This document shows, piece after piece, positions 9,669 to 19,316 of a stretch of DNA of 64,000 nucleotides. Below the pieces are notes generated by a model. It was not told where the DNA came from and searched no databases. It saw only the letters and a list, made by a program, of their open reading frames with translations. The position numbers and the translations under genes were made by a program. The stretch is from the IMG/VR virus record IMGVR_UViG_3300042387_001967. One strand, 5' to 3'. Each line of letters opens with the position of its first letter. Position 1 is the stretch's first letter. The DNA is from a virus.

Positions 9669-10256
9669 CTAGTTTGCTGGGTCCTCTTTGTCCGGATACA
9701 GTCCGCGCTTCTCGTCTCGTCGCTGTGTTTCGGCATCCGCCGCGCGCCGGTCTGCCACATCGCGCTCGGCCTCAGCGCGGTCCGTATAGACGATCCCTCG
9801 GCAGTCGCCCTGCGTGGTCATGTAGGCCAGTTCGTTCTGCGCCGCGTCCACGCTTGTGAACGTCTCGATCACGCCGGTGCCGGCCCACACAACGTAGGCG
9901 CTCGGCTCCTCCGGATCTTCGGACAGCACGGTGTCGTAGTATTCGGTGGCATCCCACGCCAGGCCCTCCATGGACAGGAGCTTCACACCGTGCCTGCGCA
10001 AGATGGTCACAAACTCCTCGTCGTTCTGCGGCTGTGTGAGGAGCAGGTCGCCGATGTTGAGATCCTCTCTGGACGCCTCCCAGACCTCCCGCCCGGCTTG
10101 GGTGTCGTCGACCCACTCGGTAATCCCGCGCTTGAACATCTCCATCGCGTCCGTGCTGGAGGCAGTCTCATCGTCGGTCTCCAGGATAAGCACAGCGGCG
10201 TTCGTCATGCCTGACGTCCCCTCGTGCCTGGTGAACAGAATCGTGTGCTTCTTCAT
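9669..10256 (-). CDS. hypothetical protein
   Basis: 195-aa ORF, coupled. Confidence 0.7.
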   Translation of the reverse strand: MKKHTILFTRHEGTSGMTNAAVLILETDDETASSTDAMEMFKRGITEWVDDTQAGREVWEASREDLNIGDLLLTQPQNDEEFVTILRRHGVKLLSMEGLAWDATEYYDTVLSEDPEEPSAYVVWAGTGVIETFTSVDAAQNELAYMTTQGDCRGIVYTDRAEAERDVADRRAADAETQRRDEKRGLYPDKEDPAN

Positions 10257-10576
10257 GATTTGTTCGGTTTCGGCAGCTTCTGCAGCAGCACATCAGACGC
10301 CGCCGCGAGCCTTGCCATCTGGCCCATAGTCCTCGCATTGGCGAAGCCCCGGAGAAGTCGCAGCATCTTCGGGATCGCCAGGATCAGCTTGATGTTCGCG
10401 CGGTCCTCGTTCGTCATGACGCGCTCGTCCATGTTTCCATCCGCCCGCCCGGCCGCCACATGGGCGGCGCACACGTCCAGCTTGACGTTACCGATGTCCA
10501 CGCCGGTCAGATTGCCGTCGTCGTCGCACACCTCGCCAGCCTTCCATGGGAACGGAGTGTGTCCGGAGCGGCTCAT
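10253..10576 (-). CDS. hypothetical protein (HTPxPW...ANxxLIxAxP type)
   Basis: GHTPFPW and RANIKLILAIP match a common phage family pattern. Confidence 0.7.
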   Translation of the reverse strand: MSRSGHTPFPWKAGEVCDDDGNLTGVDIGNVKLDVCAAHVAAGRADGNMDERVMTNEDRANIKLILAIPKMLRLLRGFANARTMGQMARLAAASDVLLQKLPKPNKS

Positions 10577-11685
10577 TTCGAGTCCTCCTCGGCCGGGTGC
10601 AGATCCACGGTGATGCGGCCCTGGTCGTCGCACACGTATGCCGTGCGTCCGTCGTCGTGCCGATACCAGTGTTCGGCGCCCACGCCGGTCGAGGGGCCGT
10701 CAGTCGGCGTCCACTCATCCGAGTTGGTGCCCGTTTCCGTGCACAACTTCCGCATGTGCGCGGGCAGACTCTCGTAGTCGCCCTGCGCGTCGTCATCCTC
10801 CTCCTCGTCGCCGATGAACACGACTCGCAGCTCGGCAACGCGGCGGCCCCAAGCTTTGTCTTCCACATACCTTGCGGTCACTGGGTAGACTCCGTCCCCG
10901 AATCCAGTGCGGGCGACCACGCCCGCTCCGGCGTGCCCCTTCGTGTGGTTCAACTGCCCTCCCTGGAGCTTGGGATCGTCGGTCGCAGCGCAGCTGCCAG
11001 AGTAGGAGAACTCACCCGGGTTTTTGTGGACTGCTGGTATCGCGTAAACGACGCATTCCCCACCCATCTGGTTCATCGTCTTGCCATACTTTTCGATCAC
11101 GATATCGTAGGCGGCGAACCCGATCGCGTCCTTCTGCGGAGCGTCCCCGTGCAGCGTGCAGTAGAGGATGGTGCCGTCCTTGTGCCGGTAAGCCGGCGCT
11201 ACCGTTCTCGTTTCCGCATCTGCTTTCTTCCACTGGTTCTCGATGTAGCACGGGTCACAGAGCATGAGCTGCCCGGAGTCCACGTCTACCTCTCCTAACT
11301 CCAGCCACTCCCCGTCCTTCAGTGGCGGTGGTGTGTCGATGATCATCTCGTTGTCGCACTCCTCGCTGCTGACGAACTCGATGAAGCTCAGCGGCGTCCA
11401 GCCTTCGCTCTCGATTCGTTCCAGGTTGTCGTTGACATACTTGGTGTATGCCTGGGTGGCCGTCATGCGCACCGGCACGACACGCACGGACAGATTGTCC
11501 GTGACCCACTCCAGCGTCTGGCTTACGCCATTCGCGTCCAGGTAATGTCCCTGACCGTAGTGACGATGCAGGAACCTTGCGGCCGCGCAGACCAGTTCGT
11601 CCAGCGTGGGATACGGATACGGGAATAGCGGACGGTTGTCAGGCCCGATGAGTAGGTAGCCCTCCGGCTTCGATTGTTTATGCAT
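10573..11685 (-). CDS. hypothetical protein with DSGQL...GxGDGxYPV domain
   Basis: LGEVDVDSGQLMLCDPCYI and TGFGDGVYPV; DUF4241-like by recall. Confidence 0.7.
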   Translation of the reverse strand: MHKQSKPEGYLLIGPDNRPLFPYPYPTLDELVCAAARFLHRHYGQGHYLDANGVSQTLEWVTDNLSVRVVPVRMTATQAYTKYVNDNLERIESEGWTPLSFIEFVSSEECDNEMIIDTPPPLKDGEWLELGEVDVDSGQLMLCDPCYIENQWKKADAETRTVAPAYRHKDGTILYCTLHGDAPQKDAIGFAAYDIVIEKYGKTMNQMGGECVVYAIPAVHKNPGEFSYSGSCAATDDPKLQGGQLNHTKGHAGAGVVARTGFGDGVYPVTARYVEDKAWGRRVAELRVVFIGDEEEDDDAQGDYESLPAHMRKLCTETGTNSDEWTPTDGPSTGVGAEHWYRHDDGRTAYVCDDQGRITVDLHPAEEDSK

Positions 11686-11688
11686 GTT

Positions 11689-12216
11689 TTATTGGTTGAG
11701 TGCATACCGCGGGTGGAAGATGCCTTCCAACTTGCCGGTGTTCCTATTGAGGAAGCTGCGGATCCCGATCATGTCGTGAGTGAACTCATCGGCGCTGGCT
11801 GCCAGCAGCTCCGCCAGCATAAGCGGGCAGCCGTGATTGTGGCAGAGGACGATGTCCGTCACCCACTGCTGCTCATCCTCGGTGCACGGCAGAATACTGC
11901 GCGTATGTATACCCAGACTCAGCGTATGTATACCCAGACTCATTGCGCGTTGAGCGACGCGTAGGATGAGATAACCCTCGTAGGCGCTGGTTCTGAGGTT
12001 TAGTTCAGTCTTCTCCCGTATGGGCTCGACGCTTTGGATCAGCGCCTCGTATGTCACGTCCTCCGGAAACTGATTGTAGTCAGTGTTCCTGGCCTTCTCC
12101 CTGGCCGCGTCCCTTGCCCTTGCTGCCTCTCCGGAGACTTCTCCGTCCATCACGACGTCGAATGTGGCCTCGCGGATGGAAAGTCGGCGAACGCCGATGT
12201 GGTATTTGTGTTTCAT
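11689..12216 (-). CDS. hypothetical protein, C-terminal DUF6874-like domain
   Basis: CPLMLAELLAA...FTHDMIGI...TGKLEGIFHPRY pattern; start MKHKYH at 12216. Confidence 0.65.
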   Translation of the reverse strand: MKHKYHIGVRRLSIREATFDVVMDGEVSGEAARARDAAREKARNTDYNQFPEDVTYEALIQSVEPIREKTELNLRTSAYEGYLILRVAQRAMSLGIHTLSLGIHTRSILPCTEDEQQWVTDIVLCHNHGCPLMLAELLAASADEFTHDMIGIRSFLNRNTGKLEGIFHPRYALNQ

Positions 12217-12458
12217 GATTCTGTGGTTTCTGCTTTGTGTTGCCACCATCCGCGATACTCCACCCCATCGGGCGGGTCGGTGTCGTCCATCCGGATGTGA
12301 TCGTTCAGCTCGCCCTCGCGGTAACCCTGCTTTACCATTTCCGCGATTCTGTTCTGCGCCGTCTCCTCCAGCGCGTCGCAATGCTTGGTATCGATCGACT
12401 GTCCGCCCGGGCGCCACCAGCGAAAGGTGTAGGTGTGCTTTCCAGTGAACTCTTTCAC
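12213..12458 (-). CDS. hypothetical protein
   Basis: 81-aa ORF, coupled at both ends. Confidence 0.65.
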   Translation of the reverse strand: MKEFTGKHTYTFRWWRPGGQSIDTKHCDALEETAQNRIAEMVKQGYREGELNDHIRMDDTDPPDGVEYRGWWQHKAETTES

Positions 12459-13306
12459 GCCATCAGCGACATCTTCCCGAGCGCCTCCTCCATGTTGAAG
12501 TCGCGCCCGTCGAAGTGCAGGTCGCGCTCGGCCGGCAGCTTAAACCGGGGACCACGGATGGTCTCCAGTTCCTTGAGGCTCACCGTGCCATACTCGACGC
12601 ATCCGAGGCCGAGGTCGCAGACAGCCCACAACGTGTCTCCGTCGTCCTCGATGCTGCACAGCAGCCACGTCGCCGAGCCCTCCGGCAGGAAGATCTTGTA
12701 GATCGGCTGCGGCTCCTTGCCGACGGCCGCACGCAGCTTCGCCTTCATCGCATCGGTCAGCAGCGACTTGCGCTCCGGTTCTTTCGGCGCCGCGCGCTCC
12801 ATCTCCACGGGCTGCCCCAGTGCCGTCAGCAGCTTCTTCTTGAAGTCGTGGTCGGCAATCGCCCGTGTGTCCCTGACGCTGTCCTTCTTCTCGACGAGCA
12901 GCGTCAGGGTGTGACTCCACCCCAGCGTATGCAGCACCAAGTGCTTCTTGAGGTAGTCGATCAGCGCATCGGTGCCCTCCGCGTTGTAGTCGATGAAGCG
13001 TCCGCCCTTGCCGTCCATGACGAACGACAGGCATCCGCCTTCGGCGCGCGCGTGGGACTCGAAGATGGGGCGCGACTCCTCGTGGCCGCGCAGCACGATG
13101 GCGCCGGCCCTCAGGACTCCCTCCAGTCCGTAGATCTTGCGACCGCGCGGCTCGGAGTAGCACAGCTTCTCGCCTTGCGACGTCTCAAGCCAGCCTTTGG
13201 ACACGATGGGTTTGCGGACGTCGCAACCCATCATGCCGCCACCGACGACCAGCAGGGTGAATTTGGACTTTGGCTTGGATAGGATTTCGATTGCAGGATT
13301 TCTCAT
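12455..13306 (-). CDS. DUF2958-domain protein
   Basis: C-terminal ATWLL...DLGLGCVEYGTVSLKEL...ERDLHF is typical of DUF2958. Confidence 0.75.
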   Translation of the reverse strand: MRNPAIEILSKPKSKFTLLVVGGGMMGCDVRKPIVSKGWLETSQGEKLCYSEPRGRKIYGLEGVLRAGAIVLRGHEESRPIFESHARAEGGCLSFVMDGKGGRFIDYNAEGTDALIDYLKKHLVLHTLGWSHTLTLLVEKKDSVRDTRAIADHDFKKKLLTALGQPVEMERAAPKEPERKSLLTDAMKAKLRAAVGKEPQPIYKIFLPEGSATWLLCSIEDDGDTLWAVCDLGLGCVEYGTVSLKELETIRGPRFKLPAERDLHFDGRDFNMEEALGKMSLMA

Positions 13307-13581
13307 GGGATTTTGATGAATAGTGTTTTTAGATGCTCCTCGGTGCGTCGGAACGGGTCCGACAGGTCTCCTTCGTCTGACTGCACCAAGCACCGTTTGC
13401 CTTTGTAGGTGCAGAACACCGGATTGAAGTTGCCGATCTGCTCAGCGCGCAGCACGCGCTTGATCGTCTCCACCTTCTCGTGGTGTCCGTAGTTGCCGGT
13501 GATGGCGCCCATGGATTCGCTGCCGTAATCCGTCTGGCCGGGCAGGTAGCGTCGGACCTCGATGGTGTGTTTCTTCTTCAT
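13303..13581 (-). CDS. hypothetical protein
   Basis: Start MKKKHT at 13581, coupled. Confidence 0.65.
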   Translation of the reverse strand: MKKKHTIEVRRYLPGQTDYGSESMGAITGNYGHHEKVETIKRVLRAEQIGNFNPVFCTYKGKRCLVQSDEGDLSDPFRRTEEHLKTLFIKIP

Positions 13582-14189
13582 GCCAGATTGCTGACCCACA
13601 CCAGCACCTCCTCGTTCCAGCCGTATTTTTCAGCCACTAGGATCTCCAGATACCTCCAGATTTCTTCCGGGATACCGGGGCGGTCGGGAATCGACGGGTA
13701 GTCCGAACCTTCGCCTTGGCAGAAGGTGAAGAACACGTCCGAAAACTCGTTCGGCTCCTCGCCCTGGTGCCACGTCGCCGTGCCCTTGTGCGTGAGCCAT
13801 CGGACGAACTCCGGATTCTCGAACCAGGCCGGCGCGTTGATGCGCAGCAGTTCCATGGAGCCGCTGTAGGAGTCGACCTTGAGCGCCTCGTCGTCGCACG
13901 ACTTGTAGCGAGCCAGTCTGCGCGCGAGCGCCAGTAGAGCCGGCGCGTCGCTTTCGAGGCCCGCAGAATCCGGTATCGTGTCGAACATCTGCAGACCAAA
14001 CGCCGGCAGTAGATCGAGTATATCCGTGAATGCCTGCGTCACACACAGGTAGCGCGCGAGCTGGCGCGGATCATCCATGGGCGACGCCAACGGCGACCTC
14101 TGTATGGCGTCCTCGATGATCGTCGACACCTCGGGCGACACCTGCGCCCATATCTCGTCGAACTCCTGCGGAGTGAGTAGTGCGCTCAT
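13578..14189 (-). CDS. hypothetical protein
   Basis: 203-aa ORF, coupled. Confidence 0.7.
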   Translation of the reverse strand: MSALLTPQEFDEIWAQVSPEVSTIIEDAIQRSPLASPMDDPRQLARYLCVTQAFTDILDLLPAFGLQMFDTIPDSAGLESDAPALLALARRLARYKSCDDEALKVDSYSGSMELLRINAPAWFENPEFVRWLTHKGTATWHQGEEPNEFSDVFFTFCQGEGSDYPSIPDRPGIPEEIWRYLEILVAEKYGWNEEVLVWVSNLA

Positions 14190-14950
14190 ACGAGTTCAAG
14201 CCATCCCGGCTCGGGTATCTGACCGCCCCACGTCCCGCCGATGACGTGCGAGAAGAGCGCGTCATTGCATATCCAATTGCCGTCCGCGTCCAGCCACTTG
14301 ACCGCCGGTACGCCGTCGCCGTGGGTCATCGAACTGCCCGCGCATGTCAGGATACGTCCGACATCGAGGTGCTCGTGGTGTCCCTGGCTTGCGTATGGCG
14401 CTATCGGCTTCATGCCGCTGATGTAAGCGCCTTTCTTGATCACGCGGAACTTCGCACCTTTGATGAACAGATCGCGGTAAGCTTGCAACTCCATTGGTTC
14501 AGCTTTTCGGTTGGTCTCGTCCTTCATCGCGCCGCACGCGAGGCGGTTGATCAGTTCGCGGCTTACCGAGCTTCCAGGCCAGTCGGTGTCGTAGCGCTTC
14601 TGTACCGCCTGCAGGAAATCCTCCGGCCCGCTGAACTCAGGCGCGAAGTCGATGGCGTCCACGTAGCGCAGGTCGACCCGCGCTCCAGTGGTCCGCGGGT
14701 CGCGATCCGGAGGCGGAACGAACCCGGGCGGATCTCCGATGTTGAACTGGCTGTCAAACAGATGGTCGGTCTCCACCTCCACCCATTTGCCGGCGGCGAA
14801 GTCCATGACGGCGAACCAGCCCTGCATCGTCGGCTGCTGCCGGCTCTGCGCGGCGAAGGACTTGTAGTCCGCGCCAGTCTTCAGCCCTCGCCCTTTCGCC
14901 ATGCTTGCCGCGTAGCTGTCGTCAATGTCCTCGGTGATCTTAATTCGCAT
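14186..14950 (-). CDS. hypothetical protein
   Basis: Start MRIKIT at 14950. Confidence 0.65.
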   Translation of the reverse strand: MRIKITEDIDDSYAASMAKGRGLKTGADYKSFAAQSRQQPTMQGWFAVMDFAAGKWVEVETDHLFDSQFNIGDPPGFVPPPDRDPRTTGARVDLRYVDAIDFAPEFSGPEDFLQAVQKRYDTDWPGSSVSRELINRLACGAMKDETNRKAEPMELQAYRDLFIKGAKFRVIKKGAYISGMKPIAPYASQGHHEHLDVGRILTCAGSSMTHGDGVPAVKWLDADGNWICNDALFSHVIGGTWGGQIPEPGWLELV

Positions 14951-15239
14951 TTGCAGCCTCGTGGATGTTGCGACGCGCAGCCTCGGACAGTTTGGGCCAG
15001 GCGGCCGCAAGGTCCGAGTCGTATTCCCCGGACGTGACGACGGGCTCCTCGATGGTGCCGTCGCTGCCGTCACCGCCTAGCGGCTTGGCGTTTCTGGCCT
15101 TGTATGCCTCCTCCAGGGTAGCCCACAGTTCGCTGTAGGTGGCGTCCGTGAGTCCGGAGACGCACTCGGCGACTTCGTCGACGGAGTGATATCGGAGTTT
15201 CCCGGGCGGTTGTGTGATGTCGATGTTTCTCATGCTCAT
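14940..15239 (-). CDS. hypothetical protein
   Basis: 99-aa ORF preceded by a (TCACAA)4 leader. Confidence 0.65.
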   Translation of the reverse strand: MSMRNIDITQPPGKLRYHSVDEVAECVSGLTDATYSELWATLEEAYKARNAKPLGGDGSDGTIEEPVVTSGEYDSDLAAAWPKLSEAARRNIHEAANAN

Positions 15240-15276
15240 GCTTGTGATTGTGATTGTGATTGTGATGTTGTTGCGC

Positions 15277-15702
15277 TCATCCGCCGACCCCCTGAGCCCT
15301 CAGCCACTGCGAGGTGCTGAATGTCCGAGCCTCCGTCGCCGTGATGTATGCCGCGCCGCCGCCGTAGGCATCCGTCCTGGGCTTGGAGCAGTCGTTCGAC
15401 CACTCGAACGAGACCGGCTCGGTCATGTCGAACTTCTGCATGAGATGCCGGATGAGCTTGATGATCTCGTCGATGCACCCGCACTCGCTGTGAATACAGA
15501 TCGACCTGTCGCCCTCTTTCTTGATGTCGAAGTTCCAGTTTTCGTCCTCGGCGTCCTTCTCCCAGCCTTTGGGTATGTCCGTTTCCGGCTTGTCGCCGTT
15601 CGCGCAATCAGCCATCGCCTGCGCTAGTTCGACGGCATACTGGACAGCTTCCGCAGACGGAAGCGCCAGTTCCATGCTCACATTTGTGTAATAATCAGCC
15701 AT
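15277..15702 (-). CDS. conserved phage hypothetical protein (CSKPR...GGGA)
   Basis: EWSNDCSKPRTDAYGGGAAYIT motif. Confidence 0.7.
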   Translation of the reverse strand: MADYYTNVSMELALPSAEAVQYAVELAQAMADCANGDKPETDIPKGWEKDAEDENWNFDIKKEGDRSICIHSECGCIDEIIKLIRHLMQKFDMTEPVSFEWSNDCSKPRTDAYGGGAAYITATEARTFSTSQWLRAQGVGG

Positions 15703-15716
15703 AATAATCAGCCATT

Positions 15717-16463
15717 TTATGTTTCGCGCAGAAGCACGATTTGTAGTTGTGGTTGTACCTGGTGCGACAATCCGGTGGACGAGTAGTAAACGCTGGCCAT
15801 CAGCGGTCGCATATCGATGTCGAAATACTCCTTCGCGTAGTTCTGCACCCAGTGAGGAATGCCGCGCACCTTCAGATTGCTGGTATACTTGTCCTCGCCC
15901 CTGGCGTCGTAAAACGCCAACGGAAGGTCGTAGGACAGATCCGTCAATTCGTCCATGGTCTCCGGCCGTCCGCGACGCAATGAGACGGTCAGCAGCAGCA
16001 TGCCGCCGACTGCCAGAAGTTCGTTGCGAAACATGGCGGCGATGTCTTCCTTCTTCTCCTTGGACCAGGTTCCCATCCAGTCCAGGTAGATAACGTCATA
16101 AGGCCGGCGCCTGGTCGTCAGGTCCGCGAAGCTGCGGAAGTCAACCGGACCAGCGGTCATCTTGAAGTGTTGCGGCAGAGCCTCGCCGAACTTGGCGGTC
16201 TTCTTGTGAATCCTCGGATCCCGCTCGAGCCCGAGGAATTCCATCTTAACGTCCGGGAAGTCACTTGCCAGCGCCTGCTCCCACACCCATGTCTGCGCAG
16301 GGAAGGACAGTATCCGCAGTCGCTTCTTCATTCGGCGATACTGTCGCATCAAATCAAACGCCATGGACCGATACAGCATGGCGTCTGCCAATCGCTTGGA
16401 GGTGTTCAGTCCCCATGCTATACGGCTGGGGTCGACGGTTTCTTTCTGTAGCTTCGGCTTCAT
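15717..16463 (-). CDS. putative class I SAM-dependent methyltransferase
   Basis: Rossmann-like pattern LRILSFPA, FLGLERD, YDVIYLDWMG and GGMLLLT. Confidence 0.55.
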   Translation of the reverse strand: MKPKLQKETVDPSRIAWGLNTSKRLADAMLYRSMAFDLMRQYRRMKKRLRILSFPAQTWVWEQALASDFPDVKMEFLGLERDPRIHKKTAKFGEALPQHFKMTAGPVDFRSFADLTTRRRPYDVIYLDWMGTWSKEKKEDIAAMFRNELLAVGGMLLLTVSLRRGRPETMDELTDLSYDLPLAFYDARGEDKYTSNLKVRGIPHWVQNYAKEYFDIDMRPLMASVYYSSTGLSHQVQPQLQIVLLRET

Positions 16464-17440
16464 GCGTTGGTTGGTGTGAGTAGATACACCTCGTAGTCGC
16501 CATCGCGGATGCAGTCGTGCTCCTTCAGCGTGTCCCGGAAGCCGTCCTTAATCTCCTCGATGTCACTCGGCGATGTTTCGTCAGTCACCGGATACAGGTT
16601 CTCCAAAGCACACTGCACCGCATACCGCAGAGCTTCCTCCTCGGTCGCGTGCAGGCTGACCGATGGTCTCTGGCAGATGACCTCGCAGACGATGTGCTGC
16701 CCTGCGCCCTCGAACCAGCCCTCCAGCAGCCTGCGCCAGGCGGTCCGATCGGCGCGAATGAACGGCTTCAGCTGGCAGCCCAGTTTCTCGGTGAAGTATT
16801 CCAGCATGAACTTAGGCACAGACACTGCGCAGTCGGCGTGATGCTGATCCACTTCCCGCGGGTCAACGCCGGCTTTGTATGCCTCGCCCAGCATCTTGAC
16901 ATACTCCGTCATCACGCCGCACCACTCGATCATGGAATGGATGCCGCACTGGGCGCCCAGCGCGTAATAGGAAGATGCCAGATCCCTCGCGCGCTGAAGC
17001 GCCTCCTCCGCTGAGGTAGGCGACACCCCGGAGTTGCTCCAGGTCGGCGCGCGAAACACGAACGGTTCCATCAGTCCGGTCGCCGCGCGTGGCGTGGCTG
17101 GCTCGGCGTGGTCCAAGTAGTTCCGCAGGCGCTCCTGCAGCCTGGCTAGATATTCCTCGCACAGATCCAGCACGTCGGACAGACGTCCGCGCATGCCCAG
17201 ATCCCGCAGCGCCACGCTGGCGATCTCCATCAGCTCGTTCAGCTCCGTGTCCGTGAACGGCGGAATCTCCGGCAGCTTCTCCTGCCCGCAGTTCAGCCGC
17301 TCACACAGGTCTCCGATTTCGTCCTCCGTGGGCAGCGGCAGTCTGCCGCTGTCGGTGGCGATGTCGTCGATATCACGATGGTTGCCGACAGTCGACTGGT
17401 AGCAGCGCAAGGCTGCCAGGATGGTGTGGATGTGGTTCAT
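16460..17440 (-). CDS. hypothetical multidomain protein
   Basis: Start MNHIHTILAALR at 17440, coupled. Confidence 0.7.
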   Translation of the reverse strand: MNHIHTILAALRCYQSTVGNHRDIDDIATDSGRLPLPTEDEIGDLCERLNCGQEKLPEIPPFTDTELNELMEIASVALRDLGMRGRLSDVLDLCEEYLARLQERLRNYLDHAEPATPRAATGLMEPFVFRAPTWSNSGVSPTSAEEALQRARDLASSYYALGAQCGIHSMIEWCGVMTEYVKMLGEAYKAGVDPREVDQHHADCAVSVPKFMLEYFTEKLGCQLKPFIRADRTAWRRLLEGWFEGAGQHIVCEVICQRPSVSLHATEEEALRYAVQCALENLYPVTDETSPSDIEEIKDGFRDTLKEHDCIRDGDYEVYLLTPTNA

Positions 17441-17871
17441 TCTTTGAATGTGATGGTGGTGCGGTTGCCGATTGTGCACATGTTGAACTCGCCCTTGGCT
17501 GCCCGTCTGCCAATGGTGTCGATCTGCTCCTGTGACCAGACGGTGTCCTCGGTGCCAATGAGTTCACACACTTTCTGCACCTGCCGCAGATCCATGGCCA
17601 CGTAGGCCGGGTGGTGCGGTAGGTCGACCGACGATATTCTGACGATGGCCAAGGCAGGCGACCCCAGATTTTTCTCAAGTTTGCGCTGCACTTCCTCCCT
17701 GACCTCACGCTTTCGCCTGGCTGCGTCATACACGACCTGACGTGCCTCTTCTTCCCGCTTTGCTTCTTCTCCGTGTTCGCCGCGGAGCGCCTCCTCCGAG
17801 CGCTCTATAGCGCGGTCAATTTCGTCATCTTCGATTTCCTGGTCGGTGGGACCATTGTTGCTATCACTCAT
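17437..17871 (-). CDS. hypothetical protein
   Basis: 144-aa ORF after an AC-rich leader. Confidence 0.7.
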   Translation of the reverse strand: MSDSNNGPTDQEIEDDEIDRAIERSEEALRGEHGEEAKREEEARQVVYDAARRKREVREEVQRKLEKNLGSPALAIVRISSVDLPHHPAYVAMDLRQVQKVCELIGTEDTVWSQEQIDTIGRRAAKGEFNMCTIGNRTTITFKE

Positions 17872-17960
17872 TTTTGGTTGTTGGGGTTGTTGGGGTTGTT
17901 GTTGCGGTTATTCGGTGGTCCTCAGATTGGTGCATTAGATGGTGAGCCATCTACTCGATC

Positions 17961-18167
17961 TCATAGCTTCTCCGGGTCCGGCACGTAGCCGCATCCTTCC
18001 ATGGCGCCGTCGATGCCCTTGGCGCGCAGTGCCTTCTTGATGACGCCCTCCTTCGCTGAGCACTCCAGGCAGATGGCGTCATTGTTGAACCACGACATGA
18101 TGCGTGCGATCAGTTCGTTTGGACACCGAGCGCACTTGTTCGCGGCGAAGAACGGGTCTGGTGTCAT
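17961..18167 (-). CDS. small CxxC...CxxC protein
   Basis: CARC...MSWFNNDAICLEC. Confidence 0.65.
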   Translation of the reverse strand: MTPDPFFAANKCARCPNELIARIMSWFNNDAICLECSAKEGVIKKALRAKGIDGAMEGCGYVPDPEKL

Positions 18168-18217
18168 GCTGCTGGGCAGTCGCGGCGCGCGGTTAGATCT
18201 GAATTGTTGACCTGCTG

Positions 18218-19060
18218 TTAAGCGCATTGGGTTGATGTGTGTTTGCTAAATTCCTCCAGGATCTGCAGCGCCGGGAGATGCCGGTATTTCTCGAAGCCTT
18301 TCGCCTCCAGCTGCTCTACGCCGGGTCGATGGTCCATGGAAGACTGCAAGTCAGCAGCATCGCCGCCGGCGGCAATCACGGCAGAACGCAGCCCGGCGCC
18401 GAAGCCTGCGATCATCAGATCCCACTCGGCTATCTCGCCCACCAGCGCCTGCAGGTCACGATCATCCCAGTAGCCAGACTCGTCGCTGACGCGTGCCAGA
18501 ATTCCAAGTTCCTTGGCCTTGTCCAGAATGGCGATGACGCACAGATGGCACTCGAGGAAGTGCTTCAGCCCGCCGCAGCGGGGGTCGTTGGCATACTGCG
18601 TCTTGCAGAATGAATTCCACCGCCAGGTCGCACCTTCCGCCTTCAGCTTCTTTCCGTTGAAAATCCTCGATCTGGGAAACCGCACCAGACCGAAGTTGGC
18701 AGCCTCGCAGCCTTCGCCCGGCCACGTGCTGAACCCATGGAACTCCTGCGCGTGGATGTCGACCGATCGCCTGTAGCCCGACGCCTTCTCGCGCGGCGTG
18801 GTCACATCCACCGAGTCGCGCAAGCCCTGAATTGCCCACCAGCGAAAGGACTCTGCGTCCATGTCGTCCGGCAGTTTTGGATACGTCTCTGCCTTGTTGT
18901 AGTCCACGTCGGCGCCTCCGCTGAACACGCCGGAGACGGTTTCGAACGGAAGGTCCATCGCGAATGATCCCAACGCGGCGATCGCGTCGAGCGCTTTCTT
19001 GCTCCCTGCTTTTGTTGCCGGCGCTTCGAGCGCCAGGTCGTAGTGTACGGTGAGTCCCAT
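18218..19060 (-). CDS. conserved phage hypothetical protein (FCKTQYA)
   Basis: MGLTVHY start; FCKTQYA and VSDESGYW motifs. Confidence 0.75.
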   Translation of the reverse strand: MGLTVHYDLALEAPATKAGSKKALDAIAALGSFAMDLPFETVSGVFSGGADVDYNKAETYPKLPDDMDAESFRWWAIQGLRDSVDVTTPREKASGYRRSVDIHAQEFHGFSTWPGEGCEAANFGLVRFPRSRIFNGKKLKAEGATWRWNSFCKTQYANDPRCGGLKHFLECHLCVIAILDKAKELGILARVSDESGYWDDRDLQALVGEIAEWDLMIAGFGAGLRSAVIAAGGDAADLQSSMDHRPGVEQLEAKGFEKYRHLPALQILEEFSKHTSTQCA

Positions 19061-19316
19061 ATTGTAATTTTTTTCGGTGTGAGAACAGCGGTTTCCCGTC
19101 TGCTCCCGTCGGTGTGAGTTCCACTTCGATGTCGTCCTTGGGAACCTTCCCATGATTGCGCCACCAGATTGCATGCCTCAGCTGCTTCACACTCTTGCCG
19201 CGGGCATACATCCAGAACTCACAGGCCAATAATCACAGGAGCCCGCGCGTCCAGCAGGCGTTGCATTTCGGCAGGAATCAGGATGTTCGCTGACACCGTG
19301 ACTGTCTTTGCTGCGC

